Part shown: positions 1 through 9,271 of the stretch, in pieces | Layout of the letters: each line of letters opens with the position of its first letter | Numbering within the stretch: position 1 is the stretch's first letter | IMG/VR virus record: IMGVR_UViG_3300026549_000064 | Coordinates: 1-64,000 of that record | Origin: a virus | Taxonomy: Duplodnaviria; Caudoviricetes | Length of the DNA stretch: 64,000 nucleotides | Direction: 5' to 3' (one strand) | Made by a program: the position numbers and the translations under genes | The notes under the pieces: model-generated | What the model saw: only the letters and a program-made list of their open reading frames with translations | Told to the model about the DNA's origin: nothing | Databases searched by the model: none

Positions 1-2
1 AT

Positions 3-275
3 CAAAAGAAACTAGTCAAATCCACATTTACCAGATACCTCTTAGGATGGTTCCTTGTAGTATTTTCACTGATATACATCTTCGCACTTACATTCTTTGA
101 AATACCTACAGCCAATCAACGTTTTGCTGATGCTTTCGGCGGTATACTGATCGGATGTGTTTTCCAGACCGTACTTGCATACTTCTTCAATACAGACGTT
201 GGTAACAACCCACATATGAAGAGAATAATGAATCCGCAAGCACAAGACGAAAGCTCTAGTGGCGAGAGTGAGTAA
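3..275 (+). CDS. 3' part of a small two-TM membrane protein, possibly holin-like (5' end outside the window; not in the ORF track)
   Basis: Frame 3 is open from the window start to TAA at 273-275: ...RYLLGWFLVVFSLIYIFALTFFEIPTANQRFADAFGGILIGCVFQTVLAYFFNTD...; two hydrophobic stretches, followed by a hairpin at 295-322. Confidence 0.7.
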   Translation, partial: QKKLVKSTFTRYLLGWFLVVFSLIYIFALTFFEIPTANQRFADAFGGILIGCVFQTVLAYFFNTDVGNNPHMKRIMNPQAQDESSSGESE

Positions 276-294
276 AAAAAAAATAAGCATATGG

Positions 295-322
295 CTACGT
301 AGCTCCGTAAGGAGCTACGTAG
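295..322. terminator. Hairpin between convergent genes
   Basis: ctacgtagctcc-gtaa-ggagctacgtag with A/T tracts on both sides. Confidence 0.75.
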
Positions 323-326
323 TTCT

Positions 327-812
327 TTATTTTTTATCACGGTTAATTTCGCCGGCAAATACTTTACGAGCTTGTACAGCAAGCTCATCACATCTATTAT
401 TATAATAATTAGTTGAATGGCCTTTAACCCAATTAGCTCTAACTTTATGGTGAAATTTATTCACTAAATCATCGTATTTCTGCCATAAATCTTGATTAGC
501 TACTAAAGCCCCATCTTTCTTTTTCCAACCGCTTTTTTTCCAAAACGGAAGTAATCTTATTCCGAAAATAACATACTGAGAATCGCTGAACAGATGAATA
601 TCGCAACCTCTATTCAACTCTTCTAAAGCTTTAATTACAGCCAAAAGTTCCATTCTAGGAATAGTTGTATTCGCTTCAGCTCCAGTTATTTCTTTAGCAT
701 ATGTAGGGTTAAGCGAAATAAGTACAGCTGCCCATCCTCCAAACTTAGAAGTACTACATAAGCTTCCATCAGTATAAATAGTTACTATAGGCTTTCCATT
801 GTCAAACTGCAT
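327..812 (-). CDS. rnhA: Ribonuclease HI
   Basis: Motifs IYTDGS, MELLAV, SDSQYV, WVKGH..N..CDELA. Confidence 0.95.
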   Translation of the reverse strand: MQFDNGKPIVTIYTDGSLCSTSKFGGWAAVLISLNPTYAKEITGAEANTTIPRMELLAVIKALEELNRGCDIHLFSDSQYVIFGIRLLPFWKKSGWKKKDGALVANQDLWQKYDDLVNKFHHKVRANWVKGHSTNYYNNRCDELAVQARKVFAGEINRDKK

Positions 813-889
813 CGATAGCCTCTTACATAAAAATAAAGAGCACTAAACAGCAAGTGCTCTTCTAACTAACGTAATAACTAAATAAACCT

Positions 890-1312
890 TTACAGGTCTT
901 TAGCTTCAGACATCGTACCTACCCAAGGATGCCATACCAGCCTAGCATACCAGCGGTCATACTCTTCCCGAAGACCATCCGGTAAACTTTCTCTGGTATT
1001 ATACTTAGCCATGAGAGCTTCTTTCTCAGAAGGCAGCTTATTTGAATAGGTTATCCAAGCTGGTACATAGCTATACACGCACAACCCATAAGTAGCTGGG
1101 TTTATCAGTGTGTCATCGTCGATACGAGGTATGCCACAATGAGAATTAGTGCAAATGCACGGATTGCCAGGAGCTTCGCAGCTAGCATCTATCTCGGCCT
1201 GGTTAAATCTCGTATTCTCCGTAGCTAAATGCCAATAACCAGCTTCATCTTGTTCAGCGGATACCTGAACAAGAGTTCTCACCAACGAACCGCAAACCGG
1301 ACAAACTTTCAC
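890..1312 (-). CDS. Hypothetical Cys-rich protein, possible Zn binding
   Basis: 140-aa ORF with CPVC and CTNSHC; start overlaps the stop of the upstream gene. Confidence 0.7.
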   Translation of the reverse strand: MKVCPVCGSLVRTLVQVSAEQDEAGYWHLATENTRFNQAEIDASCEAPGNPCICTNSHCGIPRIDDDTLINPATYGLCVYSYVPAWITYSNKLPSEKEALMAKYNTRESLPDGLREEYDRWYARLVWHPWVGTMSEAKDL

Positions 1313-2094
1313 GATTTATCCTCCACGCTATCAATGTCGTGCGAATTAGTGGTAACACTAAGTAGTGTTAGCGGCATAGTATCAGCATCAGTATTAGGAG
1401 ACAGAACAAGTTTCTTAAATACATCCAAAGGGAACTTAAAACAAGCGTTAAAGAACTTCGTTAAGCTGCTTGCTGGCATAATAACTACATGCTCCTTATC
1501 CAGTTCAACTATCTGGAACGGAACAATAAGTATTTTATCTTCAGGCTCTTCTTTGAACCACTTGGCATATTTAGAATTGACGCCCTTCAGCAGACTCTTA
1601 CTGCTCAACGGAACAAGTACGAAATCTGAAAAAGCATCCATTCGATTAGGCTCATCACCCAGCCAAATGTTAAACGCCTCTTCATTAAGAATTGGTATAA
1701 CAAAGAAATCAAGAGCAAAGATGGCGCTATAAATTTCAGTTATAGCGATCATCTGATTGATGATCCAACTCGGAGCCTTGTTGTAGTAAAATACGCCAAG
1801 GCGCTCACCACGAACCTGACCATCAGCATCGGCAATACGTCTGATACGATAAAGTTCTTTACCGAACTTAAGTAAATCAAAAAGAGCAAAAGTACCATCA
1901 ATCCAACTAACGGTGTTCTCGCCCTTATGAGCTTCTTCGAAAACATAGCTACACAGAAGAGTGTAATCCTCAGCACCCTCCTCAGTAGCATCTACAAGAT
2001 GCCATGCACCGGCACCACAGGTATCAGAATCAACTGCCTGTTCAGCAAGAGTGAACGGGCCTTTGTACTGATACACCTCATTTAATTTAGCCAT
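1309..2094 (-). CDS. Hypothetical protein behind early-promoter motifs
   Basis: 261-aa ORF, SD AGGAGAGG at 2101-2108, TATTAC motifs at 2118 and 2160. Confidence 0.8.
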   Translation of the reverse strand: MAKLNEVYQYKGPFTLAEQAVDSDTCGAGAWHLVDATEEGAEDYTLLCSYVFEEAHKGENTVSWIDGTFALFDLLKFGKELYRIRRIADADGQVRGERLGVFYYNKAPSWIINQMIAITEIYSAIFALDFFVIPILNEEAFNIWLGDEPNRMDAFSDFVLVPLSSKSLLKGVNSKYAKWFKEEPEDKILIVPFQIVELDKEHVVIMPASSLTKFFNACFKFPLDVFKKLVLSPNTDADTMPLTLLSVTTNSHDIDSVEDKS

Positions 2095-2159
2095 TATAAT
2101 CCTCTCCTATTACTTACGTAATATAACCCCGTTAAGTTTTTATGTAACTTAACATAAAA

Positions 2160-2170
2160 GTAATATATAT
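2160..2170 (-). promoter_or_regulatory. Putative early (virion RNAP) promoter ATATATATTAC; second copy at 2118-2126
   Basis: Recurrent motif upstream of minus-strand genes; matches the TATTAC early motif described for phiKZ. Confidence 0.65.
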
Positions 2171-2359
2171 CTAAAAAGAAAATGACAAAAAGAAACCGCA
2201 CTACCTTTCGGTAGCACGGCTGATTTTTGCGGATATGTTTCAAAGGGAGAATTATTATGGAATTTGCTAACGATAGGACAGTGGGACTCTGTTCTATCAG
2301 TTTAGAGTGTTGGTCAGCTCAGCACTTGCCTCAAATTATAGTTACCTGTATATAAAAAA

Positions 2360-4828
2360 TTATGAAGTATGCTCTCGTGCTTTAGCACCTTCTTCCGAAG
2401 ATACCCATCCGTAAAGATCACTAAACAGAATAATGTCTTTATCAGGATTACCTCCAGTGACTATACCGAGTGAGCGGAGTATCATGTACAGAGGACGTGT
2501 ACGTTTGTACACCATATCCCTAATACGCATCGCCGCTCTCAATTCAGCTGGTACCTTTTCAAGGGTGCTGTTGATAGGAACGAGGTTAACACTTTTCTTC
2601 TTAGATATTGAGGTAACGAATAAATCCAACTGACCGGCTATAGCCTCGGACATCTTAACCAGTTTTTCGTGGTAAGATTTACTAGTCATAAGTTTATAGT
2701 CGACATCGACTACATAAGCTTTAGTTGGTATCAAGATAGAACCATACTTCGCCGAATATACCTGCTGCCAGAATTTGTATCCGAAATAAATACTCCTATC
2801 GGCATCTGCATATTCTTCAGCTGTACGTATCGATTCAACTTCCAGAAACTCCGTATTGCCGCTGGTGAGACTATCGTACACCATACGTTCATATCGAAGT
2901 ACTGCAAGTATCTTCTCAGTCGGATCTATTTCGCCGTTATTAGTTACATCATACAACGTAGACTCAATAAACCAAGTTACATAGTTCGTTGTTGCTGTAC
3001 TAAAATTACTACCACGCAGACCAACTCCCTTGATGTCCAATCTAGGCTTAGCATACACTACGCCTTCCTGTATCTTCAGTAGGCTACAATAGTGCTTTTT
3101 TGCTGACGTGGTTATAACTACCGGCATCATGAATTCATTCTTCATAGACATCGTCAGTAAGTCTTTACCCACGGCATTGAAAGTTTCGCTAACCCTGTAC
3201 TGCAGATAAATCGTGGCTTTGGTTAAGAAATATACCATCAAAGCATTCATACTGTAAGCTCTTCTGGTAAACTTCAGATCACCGTTAAACCACTTCACCC
3301 AGGATTTGGTAGTAAAAATAATACTATCCGTATCGCTCAAGCCAATAGCTTTACGGAACATGAACTTATGCTCATCGACATAGCCAATACTTACCTTGTG
3401 ATTCATAAACACATCGAAAGCAAACTCAACTTGCTTAAGTTTAGATTCCATATGTTCAGCTATCGCCAGGAATTTACAAACTATATCAGGATGCGCTTCT
3501 GGTACGCCTTGCTCAGGCTGTGGGTCAAGACAGTCATAAATACTGATATTGTTGCCTTTTTTGTTTTTCGGTAGCCAGTCGTTATACGCAGTACTGATGA
3601 CTGATATCAAATCACCATCTACGTTCTTGATATCCTTAGGGTTTCGTTGTTTTGTGTAATCAACATTAGCATCGCTAAGGATATCCTCCATCCACGGCCT
3701 CCAGAACGTATCGTTAGTCATGACTACGTTCTTGAAGTTGCTCATATAAAAAATAAATGCAAGCCGTGCTGGAGTGCAACGTACCAAAAATTTATGTACC
3801 GGACTCAAATCTTTCTCAAAGCAATACTGCTTGAGATTATCCATCAGGAATTTTTCAACTTCATCAGCACTAGGCAGATGTAACGAAACACTTTCGCAAG
3901 CTTTCAGGACTGTCGCATCATCAGGGCCTAGCCGCACGCAAGTTACCAAAAAATTCAACAGCTGCTCAACGGTTCTGAAGTAAAAATTACTCTCCAGAAA
4001 TCTCTCGCTGTTAGCGTAAGCATTCATGATAAAAAATCTTGAAATGCTCGTAATACTGTTATAATTCGCTGGACTGCTCAGGAAGTTACCGTTACAGCCC
4101 ATACTGCCGCTGGTTGAGTTCATGTTGATTTTGATGGTGGCCTGCTGATTGTTATAAATCTTAGCTTTAGCCATATCACCAAGCTTACGGTATTTCAACA
4201 TGAGTTTCTTGCGTTCACTACGACGAGCTTTATCGTTGATAATTTTATTCGTCAGGAATGCTACATCGTTGTTCGATGTTTCATAGATGCTTCCAGCTGG
4301 ACTAATAATCTTAGTTCGGTAGTCATTACTGAAACCAAGCATATCAACTTCTGGAAATTCAACCAAATTACCGTACGATAGTTTTTTACTCCTCGGGTTA
4401 TTCGGATCTACGGCTTTGACAACTTTGACAGTTGGCCAAATCGATTTAGGACTAGGAGCCTCAACCCGATAGTTTTGAAGTATTCGTAAAAGTTCACCGA
4501 CCGGTAATTCGTTAACCTGAACTTCAGTGGCATTGATAAAATCAAACTTATCAGCCTCAGATTTGAAAACTCTTTCTTCGACCATCTTCGGAATAACTTC
4601 GGTCTTAACCAGCTCCCGATATTTTGCGATATCGGTATGCGCAGCAAGTAAATTATTCCAAAGTTTCTGAGCTCGCTGTTTAGTAAAATCCTGTACGAAT
4701 TTCTGAATAACTTCACGTGAAGCTTCCGGATGAATCGTTGCCAAATAAGTTATCATGTTCTCACGATACGAATCTAATACTTTTGGCCGTTCTATCGGTT
4801 CAGCATGCAAATCGAGATTTAATTTCAT
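2360..4828 (-). CDS. Family-B DNA polymerase, polymerase-domain subunit (phiKZ gp50-like, split enzyme)
   Basis: KINMNSTSG (region III), SDTDSII (region I), KKHY and IKGVG; no recognisable exonuclease or DxxSLYPS region. Confidence 0.88.
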   Translation of the reverse strand: MKLNLDLHAEPIERPKVLDSYRENMITYLATIHPEASREVIQKFVQDFTKQRAQKLWNNLLAAHTDIAKYRELVKTEVIPKMVEERVFKSEADKFDFINATEVQVNELPVGELLRILQNYRVEAPSPKSIWPTVKVVKAVDPNNPRSKKLSYGNLVEFPEVDMLGFSNDYRTKIISPAGSIYETSNNDVAFLTNKIINDKARRSERKKLMLKYRKLGDMAKAKIYNNQQATIKINMNSTSGSMGCNGNFLSSPANYNSITSISRFFIMNAYANSERFLESNFYFRTVEQLLNFLVTCVRLGPDDATVLKACESVSLHLPSADEVEKFLMDNLKQYCFEKDLSPVHKFLVRCTPARLAFIFYMSNFKNVVMTNDTFWRPWMEDILSDANVDYTKQRNPKDIKNVDGDLISVISTAYNDWLPKNKKGNNISIYDCLDPQPEQGVPEAHPDIVCKFLAIAEHMESKLKQVEFAFDVFMNHKVSIGYVDEHKFMFRKAIGLSDTDSIIFTTKSWVKWFNGDLKFTRRAYSMNALMVYFLTKATIYLQYRVSETFNAVGKDLLTMSMKNEFMMPVVITTSAKKHYCSLLKIQEGVVYAKPRLDIKGVGLRGSNFSTATTNYVTWFIESTLYDVTNNGEIDPTEKILAVLRYERMVYDSLTSGNTEFLEVESIRTAEEYADADRSIYFGYKFWQQVYSAKYGSILIPTKAYVVDVDYKLMTSKSYHEKLVKMSEAIAGQLDLFVTSISKKKSVNLVPINSTLEKVPAELRAAMRIRDMVYKRTRPLYMILRSLGIVTGGNPDKDIILFSDLYGWVSSEEGAKAREHTS

Positions 4829-4925
4829 AACACTAACCCTAAGTCAATATCCACAAATTAAATCCTCAATAAGTTTTAACTGACAAAAAAATTATAGACC
4901 GGTCAACTAAAACCACATCCATGTG

Positions 4926-4935
4926 GTAATATATA
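4926..4935 (-). promoter_or_regulatory. Putative early promoter TATATATTAC upstream of the DNA polymerase
   Basis: gtaatatata on +, ~100 nt upstream of ATG 4828. Confidence 0.6.
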
Positions 4936-5036
4936 AATTCATACCTGATGAACTTTCTGCAAAATTTGAACTCGCATATTATTATCGACCGGTTTTTGAA
5001 AAAGAGAAAGTACCAAAGAGAAAAAGAATAAGGATT

Positions 5037-5046
5037 TATATATTAC
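5037..5046 (+). promoter_or_regulatory. Putative early promoter TATATATTAC facing the 5538 gene
   Basis: Exact motif on the + strand. Confidence 0.5.
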
Positions 5047-5537
5047 TTATACTCAGTATATACTACGTATATACTTCGTATTCGTAATATATTAACTATT
5101 AACAAAAAATAAAGAGTAAAGAGATCTTAGAGAAAAGAGAAAGTTATTTTGTGAAAATTTCATTGAACAAAATAACTGTCTATTTTTTAATAAAATATAA
5201 CCATATACTGATACCATCGGTATAGAGTTGAAAAATAGAAATAGCAAGAAAGCTAAGGTTTCCTTAGGTTTTTGCTATTGCGTGGTATCAGTATCGATAA
5301 TTTATTATTTTCAAAGGACTATAACCTGGATTAGGTCTGAGACAGATTACAATTTAACAGTTCACTCAGACGTAATCCACTCCCCTCTTAAGATTAACTA
5401 TATCGTGTGCAGCTTACACAGCTGTGTAAGCTGTAAGCATGATATAACTAAGTTCGTGACGAAATAACCATATTTTGGATGCAAAAGCATCACGAATTTA
5501 TACACGTGTGTATTTTCTAATCTGAGAGGATTACTCA

Positions 5538-6674
5538 ATGAAGAGACGAGTCGTAATGGAAGACCTGGGTAATATGAACCCTGGCGAACTTGAGCCCAGG
5601 TCTTGGGATGGCGGCGAAACCGATTTTACTAGCACTGATACTATCGACACCCTTCCAGAGAAGGAATGTATGAAAGCTAGAATTGCTACATTCCAAGCTA
5701 TTATGGAGGAAGTCGTTAAGGATGCTGCTGGCAACGCCGATCCCAATGCTTCGCCTGCACAAGTTGCAGATGAAGTTTACAAGACTGCCGATGAGGTTAC
5801 CGATAAGGCTGTAGCGCTTCATCTGGTACCGTCATCTATGCACAGAATCATTCACAAGTTAGTTGCTTATACGCTTAAACCTCGTAACAATCGTGCAGCT
5901 CTTTATGCACGTGCTGCTCACCTTTGCGCTGAAGCTCTAACTACTGACTCCGATGATCCTGCTTACAATGCAGGTACCCCTGCTATCGATACTCCGCTTG
6001 GAGAGTCACCTGATGATGGTATTACCTCCGTTGCTACTAACGATCAGGATGAGTCTCCGGCAGATGGTACCTCTCCTACCACTGCTTGGTGGAATATGGA
6101 AGGTGATGACGTTACCAGCTCCAGTGGTACTGAGGGTGATGATCCGGCCTATAATGCTGGAACACCTGAGATTGATACTCCGCTTGGAGTATCTCCGGAT
6201 GACGGTCTCACTTCAGTAGCCACCAACGATCAGGATGAGTCTCCCGCCGATGGTACTTCTCCGACTACCGCCTGGTGGAAGATGGAGGACGAGGGTATCG
6301 ATGCTGCTGGCCCTGATGAAAAGACCGATGACGATACTCCGGCCGAAGATGATTCTGCTAAATCCTCTTCTGATGAAGAGACTCCTGTAGAGGATACTTC
6401 TGATGCTGATGAGTCTGCAGCTGCAGACAGCGATAGCGCTGAGGATACCCCGACTGAGAGTTCCGATGCTGTCACTCCTTCTGATGTAGTTGTTGATGAG
6501 GGTGTTGATAAGGATACTGCGGCTGAGATGAGGTATGTTATCACTACTGCATGCCATCACCGCAGAGCTACTGCTAAGCTTTCACGTAGGTTCAGTGGCA
6601 AGCTGGTTAATCGTATGCTTAACGAGCTTCGTTATACTCTGCCCGACAGCTTCCTCTCGAAGTTCGGCATCTAA
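5538..6674 (+). CDS. Highly acidic low-complexity protein with an internal duplication
   Basis: 378-aa ORF, SD GAGGA, D/E/S/T-rich centre, basic C-terminus. Confidence 0.85.
   Translation: MKRRVVMEDLGNMNPGELEPRSWDGGETDFTSTDTIDTLPEKECMKARIATFQAIMEEVVKDAAGNADPNASPAQVADEVYKTADEVTDKAVALHLVPSSMHRIIHKLVAYTLKPRNNRAALYARAAHLCAEALTTDSDDPAYNAGTPAIDTPLGESPDDGITSVATNDQDESPADGTSPTTAWWNMEGDDVTSSSGTEGDDPAYNAGTPEIDTPLGVSPDDGLTSVATNDQDESPADGTSPTTAWWKMEDEGIDAAGPDEKTDDDTPAEDDSAKSSSDEETPVEDTSDADESAAADSDSAEDTPTESSDAVTPSDVVVDEGVDKDTAAEMRYVITTACHHRRATAKLSRRFSGKLVNRMLNELRYTLPDSFLSKFGI
5952..6287 (+). repeat. Two in-frame copies of a ~50-aa unit, 186 nt apart
   Basis: DDPAYNAGTP.IDTPLG.SPDDG.TSVATNDQDESPADGTSPTTAWW.ME begins at 5952 and at 6138, with many synonymous differences. 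Confidence 0.95.
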
Positions 6675-6705
6675 ATAATTATTTAGAGAAGTTCATAGAT
6701 TGACT

Positions 6706-6735
6706 TAAGGTAGTCCGCCTAGGCGGACTACCTTA
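6706..6735. terminator. 30-bp perfect palindrome followed by a T-tract
   Basis: taaggtagtccgcctaggcggactacctta then tattttttatttt. Confidence 0.8.
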
Positions 6736-6808
6736 TATTTTTATTTTGTATGTTGCAGGAACATGATACAGGACATTATTTTTAACCCATTGCAAATGAG
6801 GCTAACTA

Positions 6809-8341
6809 ATGACAACTAAAAGGAAAATTAAGAAGTCTGTTGCTCGCAGAGAACGTATTCGCCAGCAGAAGGCTGCTCAGAGACTAGTCAACGCAGCCGC
6901 ACGCCAGCTGGATAGGAATGAGGATCGAGCTTTTAAGGATACTAAGAGTTTCTTCGATACTGTTTCCAGCGATATAGCTGATTTAATTTATCGTAAGGAA
7001 CAGATTAAGGCTGGACTTATAGGTGAGGTTAAGTATGTTGAGAATCTGAAGGATAGCGATCCTGATAAATATGCTAAGCTCTCTACCAAGGTTTATAACG
7101 ATTGCCTGGATAAGATAGCTACGGAAGTTCAGCCTAAGCTAATTAACATAGCTTCTCTAACCGATAGATTCAAGGATAAGGAGGTTGCCGGTGCTGGAGC
7201 GTTAGTTAGTGCTGTTGAAGCATCCGGAGATCTTAGTGTTATTACTCTTGCTCTGTCTGAGATCGTCGATAAGGCTGAGACTGCCCACAAAGATATCCGT
7301 GATCTTATTCTCAGTATTGAGCATCCTGAGACTAACCCTATTGCTGAAGAAGCTAAACAGCAGTCAGCTGCAGCTAATCAGGAAATAGAAGCTGATCCTG
7401 ATGCCCTTAATAAAATCATCGATGCACAGGCTGACAGCAAATCTGATGTAGTGGTTAACCCGCTCGACGTAATTAAGAAGACTCAGCTTATTCCTCTGAC
7501 TGTTAACGATATTGATGGTGTACTTCTTCTAGACGGTATTATTAGAACTAATGCCAGCGCTAATCTGTTTACGCTGAGCTCGTTTGATGTATCTGGCTCG
7601 TCTCATAAAGTAGATGATAGTGTAAAGCTGCATTCTGTTGTAGTTGAATTAAGCCTTGACAACGACAAGGAGCTTTTCGAGCTTCAGATTGATCAGTTAA
7701 AGGATGCAGCGTTAATATCTAAGCCGAAGAATGATACTGCTAACGTTCGTGGTACATTTGTTGAGTATGAATTTGATCTCACGAAGAACGTTAAGAAACT
7801 GGATGGATCTGATTCGGTTATTCTTGGTAAATTAGCTGATGATGAGAGTATTCATTCTAAATTAGCATTTACTGCTCAGATCAACCTCGACGACTCTAAC
7901 ATTCAAGGCTACGGCTTTGTATCGTTTGCGTCGCATACCGATTTCGAGACTAACGTTGTTGGATATACCGTAACTGCTTATTATGCTCCAGCTCTTGCTT
8001 TGAATAAGCCAGCTGAACCTCTTCCTGAGCCACCTAAGGAGGTTGTTCTCTCTGTTGAGCCAAATGATCTGGCCGCTGATGAAGATCCAGATGAAGTTAT
8101 TCCTGCTGAAGCAGATTATACCCCGGAGACTGATATGATTACTACTGAACGTAGTCCTGCTACTCACCCGCTTCACGATGTTGCTGTAGATATGCCCGCT
8201 GCTAAAGGTAATACCTTTGAGGATCAGGAAGTAGAGATTGTTGCTACTCCGAGTGCAGCTAAAGGAAACACTAACGATGATCAGGAAGTCAGTGTTGATG
8301 CAGCTACAGTTAATAAGATCCTTAATGAACAGAACGCTTAG
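6809..8341 (+). CDS. Hypothetical protein (basic N-terminus, acidic C-terminus)
   Basis: 510-aa ORF with SD GAGG. Confidence 0.85.
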   Translation: MTTKRKIKKSVARRERIRQQKAAQRLVNAAARQLDRNEDRAFKDTKSFFDTVSSDIADLIYRKEQIKAGLIGEVKYVENLKDSDPDKYAKLSTKVYNDCLDKIATEVQPKLINIASLTDRFKDKEVAGAGALVSAVEASGDLSVITLALSEIVDKAETAHKDIRDLILSIEHPETNPIAEEAKQQSAAANQEIEADPDALNKIIDAQADSKSDVVVNPLDVIKKTQLIPLTVNDIDGVLLLDGIIRTNASANLFTLSSFDVSGSSHKVDDSVKLHSVVVELSLDNDKELFELQIDQLKDAALISKPKNDTANVRGTFVEYEFDLTKNVKKLDGSDSVILGKLADDESIHSKLAFTAQINLDDSNIQGYGFVSFASHTDFETNVVGYTVTAYYAPALALNKPAEPLPEPPKEVVLSVEPNDLAADEDPDEVIPAEADYTPETDMITTERSPATHPLHDVAVDMPAAKGNTFEDQEVEIVATPSAAKGNTNDDQEVSVDAATVNKILNEQNA

Positions 8342-8396
8342 ATAGATACTTACTAACTAAAACGATATATCTAGATAGGAATCGTTGGAGTTTATT

Positions 8397-9254
8397 ATGA
8401 ACGATAAAATTTTGGATGTATACGCTTTAGCTAAATTGTATTTATCTAGTATCAGTGCCAAACGCATGAATTATGCGTATTTTAACATTGATAGTAATGT
8501 TATCGTATTGTCTAATAGTACTACTGGCAAGAAAGGTAATGAGCATGGTGATCGCTTAACTAACCATGCAGTTGGAGAATTATCGTTTCACATGATGTGG
8601 TTCCACGATAATGGGGCTTTCATCAACGAAATGAAGCGGTTACTTGGTATACCTGAAGGAGTATATTACGGTATACATATTCCGCGTCTGATGGCGTTAT
8701 GGAATAATAACGATCCAGCTGATTTATTACTGTCAACTGACGTTCAATGTAAGAGTATTATTATGACACCGAAAGGAGTTAAGTACGATCCACTGAAACA
8801 TCTCATCGGCACACGAGTCGAAGATTTTCATGTTTTATCTCAACTCCTTTTTTGGTATAATTATGCGAGACAGGTCGGCGATGATAAACATCGTACTGTT
8901 TACAATCACAATTCTGTTAATATAGAGTCTTTAATTAACAGAGATGATCAGGTATATCGTATTCTGATTAAATCTGATAATTTTACAGAGCCTGCAACTG
9001 GACTATTTGCCAACACAGATATGTATTCGATAATGTTTGACGGTTTGTCGATACCCAGTTATAAACAATTTCTGGGTAAAGTCAAGAAGCCGTATACATT
9101 AGCAGCATATCTTTGGACTGACGATGGATCAAGTATACAGGCTATGTACCAATATACTGATGATTTCGTTACTGTACGCAGTATTAGGCCTAATGTTAGG
9201 CTTATACCTCTTCGACTTGATATCGAATTAGACAAAAATCTTTTGAATTCTTAA
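8397..9254 (+). CDS. Hypothetical protein
   Basis: ORF-track TTG at 8385; ATG 8397 preferred because GGAG lies 6 nt upstream. Confidence 0.8.
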   Translation: MNDKILDVYALAKLYLSSISAKRMNYAYFNIDSNVIVLSNSTTGKKGNEHGDRLTNHAVGELSFHMMWFHDNGAFINEMKRLLGIPEGVYYGIHIPRLMALWNNNDPADLLLSTDVQCKSIIMTPKGVKYDPLKHLIGTRVEDFHVLSQLLFWYNYARQVGDDKHRTVYNHNSVNIESLINRDDQVYRILIKSDNFTEPATGLFANTDMYSIMFDGLSIPSYKQFLGKVKKPYTLAAYLWTDDGSSIQAMYQYTDDFVTVRSIRPNVRLIPLRLDIELDKNLLNS

Positions 9255-9271
9255 CATTAAGGTGATTTTAC

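Noticed and set aside
5538-9254. Chimallin or PhuZ identity for genes beside the DNA polymerase
   Set aside because: No tubulin GGGTG motif or recognisable chimallin features
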